This document shows positions 61,217-64,000 of a DNA stretch of 64,000 bases, piece by piece (positions within the stretch are counted from its first letter, which is position 1; every line of letters begins with the position of its first letter). This DNA is from an uncultured virus (IMG/VR IMGVR_UViG_3300011211_000002) (Duplodnaviria; Heunggongvirae; Uroviricota; Caudoviricetes). Made by a program: the position numbers and the translations under genes. The stretch is taken from the IMG/VR virus record IMGVR_UViG_3300011211_000002, one strand, 5' to 3'. The notes under the pieces are model-generated. The model saw only the letters and a program-made list of their open reading frames with translations, was not told the origin of the DNA and made no database searches.

Positions 61217-61428
61217 TGTTCAATAATGTCTTGAATTTCTTTAATGTCAGTGTAGAGCGTGTCATCTACTTCTAGAATAGGTAACGAAGAATATCCTTTT
61301 GATTTTAATTCGTCACGTAATTCTTCATGTTGATCCAAGTTAATTAATTCTACATTCTTCCCTGATTCATTAATCCACACTTTAGCTATCATACATTTAG
61401 GGCAAATCGTTTGTGTATATACTTTCAT
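61213..61428 (-). CDS. nrdH: NrdH-like glutaredoxin
   Basis: VYT...CPKC, GY.SLP. Confidence 0.85.
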   Translation of the reverse strand: MKVYTQTICPKCMIAKVWINESGKNVELINLDQHEELRDELKSKGYSSLPILEVDDTLYTDIKEIQDIIEQ

Positions 61429-61466
61429 TACAAAACCTCTTTCTTTTAATTTTATTTATGTATTTA

Positions 61467-61973
61467 TTAATAATTAAGTAATATTTGCTCTACAATTTCT
61501 TTAGTAGCCATCTTTCCAGTATCAAATTTCACAACTTCCAAATCCTTTACTTTACTCAATGATTCTTCATATTTACCTTTAGCATATTTTATTTTGTCTA
61601 ATGGTACATAATCATCACCACGAGAATCAAATCGTTTCTCTAATACTTCATCATCTGCATACAAGTAAATGATTGTTGCTTTATCTTTCATTTCTTGTTC
61701 AATAAATCTACGCTGCTTATCAGATAACATTGCGAAGTCATCATACATTTCTGCATAAATTTCATTACAATATGTAAATCTATCGAATATCACGTCATCC
61801 AACTTAGTGAACTCTAAAAACTTTTCAAACAATTCATCTTGAGTACATTTTGAATGTTCAAATGATGATCCTTTCACCACTTCAAACTCTGAAATGTCCG
61901 AGAGCATTTCAACTAGACTTGTCTTACCACTACAATCAGTTCCTACAACGATATAATTTATATTAATCACCAC
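61467..61973 (-). CDS. Deoxynucleotide monophosphate/thymidylate kinase-like (YorR-like)
   Basis: P-loop GTDCSGKTS, IFDRF, R..RGD. Confidence 0.8.
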   Translation of the reverse strand: MVININYIVVGTDCSGKTSLVEMLSDISEFEVVKGSSFEHSKCTQDELFEKFLEFTKLDDVIFDRFTYCNEIYAEMYDDFAMLSDKQRRFIEQEMKDKATIIYLYADDEVLEKRFDSRGDDYVPLDKIKYAKGKYEESLSKVKDLEVVKFDTGKMATKEIVEQILLNY

Positions 61974-61978
61974 AATTC

Positions 61979-62410
61979 TTATGTATTTGTATATGTATTG
62001 TTATTTCCGTATGTTATCTCTGTTAGTTCTCTAGGTTTGTACTTCCTATTCTTCTGCTTATTAATGATTCCCCTTACCTCACCTAATGTATTATTAAAAA
62101 TACTAATGTTTGGAAGTTTAGGTTTTAACTTGTCATACGCACTTTTCATGACATCCAACATATCTTTAGCTTTCCTACGTTCATTCCTAACTATATGTAA
62201 TTTACGATAAGCTTCATAGCCTTTATTAGCAGGTAAAGTTTCGAACTCAATATGATGTAATAAGTCTTCTTGTTCACGTTGTTTCTGATCCACCAATTGT
62301 GATAAATATTCCACCTCTTTAGGAAGCTTATCTAAGAAATCCCTAACAAACGCTAAATCCTTTTCAAACTGAATGGCTTCTTTTAAAGTGTCTTTGGTCA
62401 AATTAATCAC
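61979..62410 (-). CDS. Hypothetical coiled-coil protein
   Basis: DLLHHIE...R.ERRKAK...R.YKPR motif seen in Firmicutes phage proteins. Confidence 0.6.
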   Translation of the reverse strand: MINLTKDTLKEAIQFEKDLAFVRDFLDKLPKEVEYLSQLVDQKQREQEDLLHHIEFETLPANKGYEAYRKLHIVRNERRKAKDMLDVMKSAYDKLKPKLPNISIFNNTLGEVRGIINKQKNRKYKPRELTEITYGNNNTYTNT

Positions 62411-62519
62411 CTAACTCTCGTTTGAGGTATTCCTCATAAGTAATTCCTTCATCTTCACGAATATTGCCATTTACAAACTTATAACCAAAGTACTCTAACA
62501 CTGAATCACTGATTTTCAT
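62403..62519 (-). CDS. Small hypothetical protein (38 aa, not in ORF track)
   Basis: RBS AAGGGAG; MKISDSVLEYFGYKF... Confidence 0.4.
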   Translation of the reverse strand: MKISDSVLEYFGYKFVNGNIREDEGITYEEYLKRELGD

Positions 62520-62611
62520 TTTCTCATCTCCCTTGCTTGCTGTATGATTTTATTATACCACCAAGCGCTAATATTTCAAGTATTATTATGTATTTATTTA
62601 TTTAATTAATT

Positions 62612-62989
62612 TTAGTAACCATCAATGTAACTTACCTCAAAATACAGACCAAGTTCATCTTCTCCATAAATAAACTGTAAATCAGAGTATTTACTGATCT
62701 TTTCTGCAATGTAATCCTTTGTGAACATGAAAATCTGTTCCAAATACCTCAAATCAAACGAAGTATAATATGCTTTATGGTACAGTTCAATTTCAAACTT
62801 AAATGACTCGTCACGTAAAGTATTAGCATTCAAATAATATCTAATTGCAGTTTTGTTATTATTAGTGAATTCATTCTTAATATGTTGATATAGGTATTTA
62901 TAAAATGGTTTCTTGAATAATAAATCTCTTAATTTAACTTTTAGCTTCTTAAGTCTTTTAATCCACTTGATTCTATTTCTAAACTTCAA
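62612..62989 (-). CDS. Hypothetical protein
   Basis: RBS AGGTGA; TTG start. Confidence 0.55.
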   Translation of the reverse strand: MKFRNRIKWIKRLKKLKVKLRDLLFKKPFYKYLYQHIKNEFTNNNKTAIRYYLNANTLRDESFKFEIELYHKAYYTSFDLRYLEQIFMFTKDYIAEKISKYSDLQFIYGEDELGLYFEVSYIDGY

Positions 62990-63058
62990 TAGTTATTCAC
63001 CTACCTTAGAATTGAGTAGAGGTAGAATAACTACCCCACTCAATATTTTTATGTATTA

Positions 63059-63757
63059 TTATGGAGCCTTCAATACTTTGATTTGTATATTATGTCTTCC
63101 TAAATTTATTGCTTCCTGAGTACTTGAAACTAAGATATCTGCCTTATGGTTCTTAATAGCGCCTCCTGTATCAAGTGAAATTGCTTTGAACGTTTCGTAT
63201 GGTGTTTTAACTTCCACAATTGTTCCCAACTTAATAACCTTTGGATCGGTTGCAATAATTCTTAATCCATTATAATAAATAGTATTCGACACATCATAAC
63301 CTGTTGCAGTAATTCCTGTGCAGCCTTCTGAACAATAAGCTGTATAATAACTTGCGTTAAAAGTCATCCAGTTACCTGTAGAGCTTGTGTCACCTCTACT
63401 TACTACATTTTCTTGCTGCTGCTTCTTTAACTCATCATTTCGTTTTTGTTCAGCTATCTTTTTTGCTTCTTCTATTTTTGCTAATCTAATTTTCTCTAAC
63501 CTTTCTAAGCGTTGTCGTTCCAATTCCTCTAATCTTTTTCGTTCTTCTTCCTTTAAACGCTCAAACTCTGCATAAAATGAGTCAACTTTACTTGTGATTG
63601 TATTCTCTTTGATCCTTTCTATAGAATTAGTAACATCTAATGATTCATTTGTACTACCCCTATTATCTTCTACGAAAGCTTTTGCAAAGAAGCACGTCCA
63701 TGCTAATATACATGTTATGATGGTTGGTACAATAAAAAACTTTTTAAATTTGTTCAT
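63059..63757 (-). CDS. Membrane-anchored/secreted 3D-domain protein (cell-wall lytic transglycosylase-like)
   Basis: Signal/TM, coiled coil, ASYYTA...GITATG, IATDP.VI.LG, DTGGAIK...DI. Confidence 0.88.
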   Translation of the reverse strand: MNKFKKFFIVPTIITCILAWTCFFAKAFVEDNRGSTNESLDVTNSIERIKENTITSKVDSFYAEFERLKEEERKRLEELERQRLERLEKIRLAKIEEAKKIAEQKRNDELKKQQQENVVSRGDTSSTGNWMTFNASYYTAYCSEGCTGITATGYDVSNTIYYNGLRIIATDPKVIKLGTIVEVKTPYETFKAISLDTGGAIKNHKADILVSSTQEAINLGRHNIQIKVLKAP

Positions 63758-64000
63758 TAATTCGCTTATTCTCTACAAAACTTATCTCATCTGAAGCTCT
63801 TATGACAACTTTAAATTGTGCGCTTCATTAATGCAGAAATAAACTCCCCTTCTTTCTAATATGTATTTTCTTATATAAAATATGGTTATTTATTATTTAA
63901 CTTTATAGCCTAATGCAGTACCATTTAAACTAGGTGCTTCATAGCTATCCTTAACTTTTTGTAGCAATTTGACACATTGATCTAGTGCTTTGTATTCTCC

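Larger units (their letters stand above)
1..64000. mobile_element. SPbeta-like large temperate bacteriophage genome segment
   Basis: Gene order RNAP-HU-terminase-portal-capsid-tail-TMP-lysis followed by serine recombinase and nrd/thy/dut cluster mirrors SPbeta yon/yom/yok/yos organisation; no housekeeping host region seen. Confidence 0.93.

Noticed and set aside
1..64000. tRNA, rRNA or arbitrium (aimR/aimP) genes
   Set aside because: No cloverleaf/T-loop signatures or TPR-regulator plus peptide pair recognised in this window

Overview
The whole 64 kb window is a contiguous segment of a large, AT-rich, SPbeta-like temperate phage of a Bacillales host. No host-chromosome junction is visible, so it looks like the virion, circular or excised configuration. 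The + strand arm (1-43.1 kb) carries a YonO-like single-subunit RNA polymerase, HU, terminase, portal, capsid, head-tail and tail genes, a 2132-aa tape measure with an M23 peptidase, baseplate/fibre genes and the lysis cassette. An accessory island at about 16.7-25.8 kb interrupts the tail module. The middle (43-53 kb) holds an FtsK + VirB6/VirB2-like trio, a ParM/ParR-like pair, a YfkA-like radical SAM gene and a large serine recombinase with a candidate attP and RDF. The - strand arm (53-64 kb) encodes nucleotide metabolism (DHFR, ThyA, dUTPase, NrdHIEF, dNMP kinase) and a 3D-domain protein. Three observations stand out. (1) A promoter-to-terminator non-coding RNA of five covarying hairpins with an 18-nt conserved core lies convergent with a DUF3800 gene. 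(2) A tail/baseplate gene appears split by a cassette of an endonuclease plus an Ntn-hydrolase (proteasome-beta-like) domain fused to the distal half, with a duplicated IIGE(K/R) junction, suggesting possible protein-level re-ligation. (3) About 20 strand-oriented AAATACATA boxes sit at gene junctions. All family assignments come from motif recognition and synteny by eye, not from database searches.
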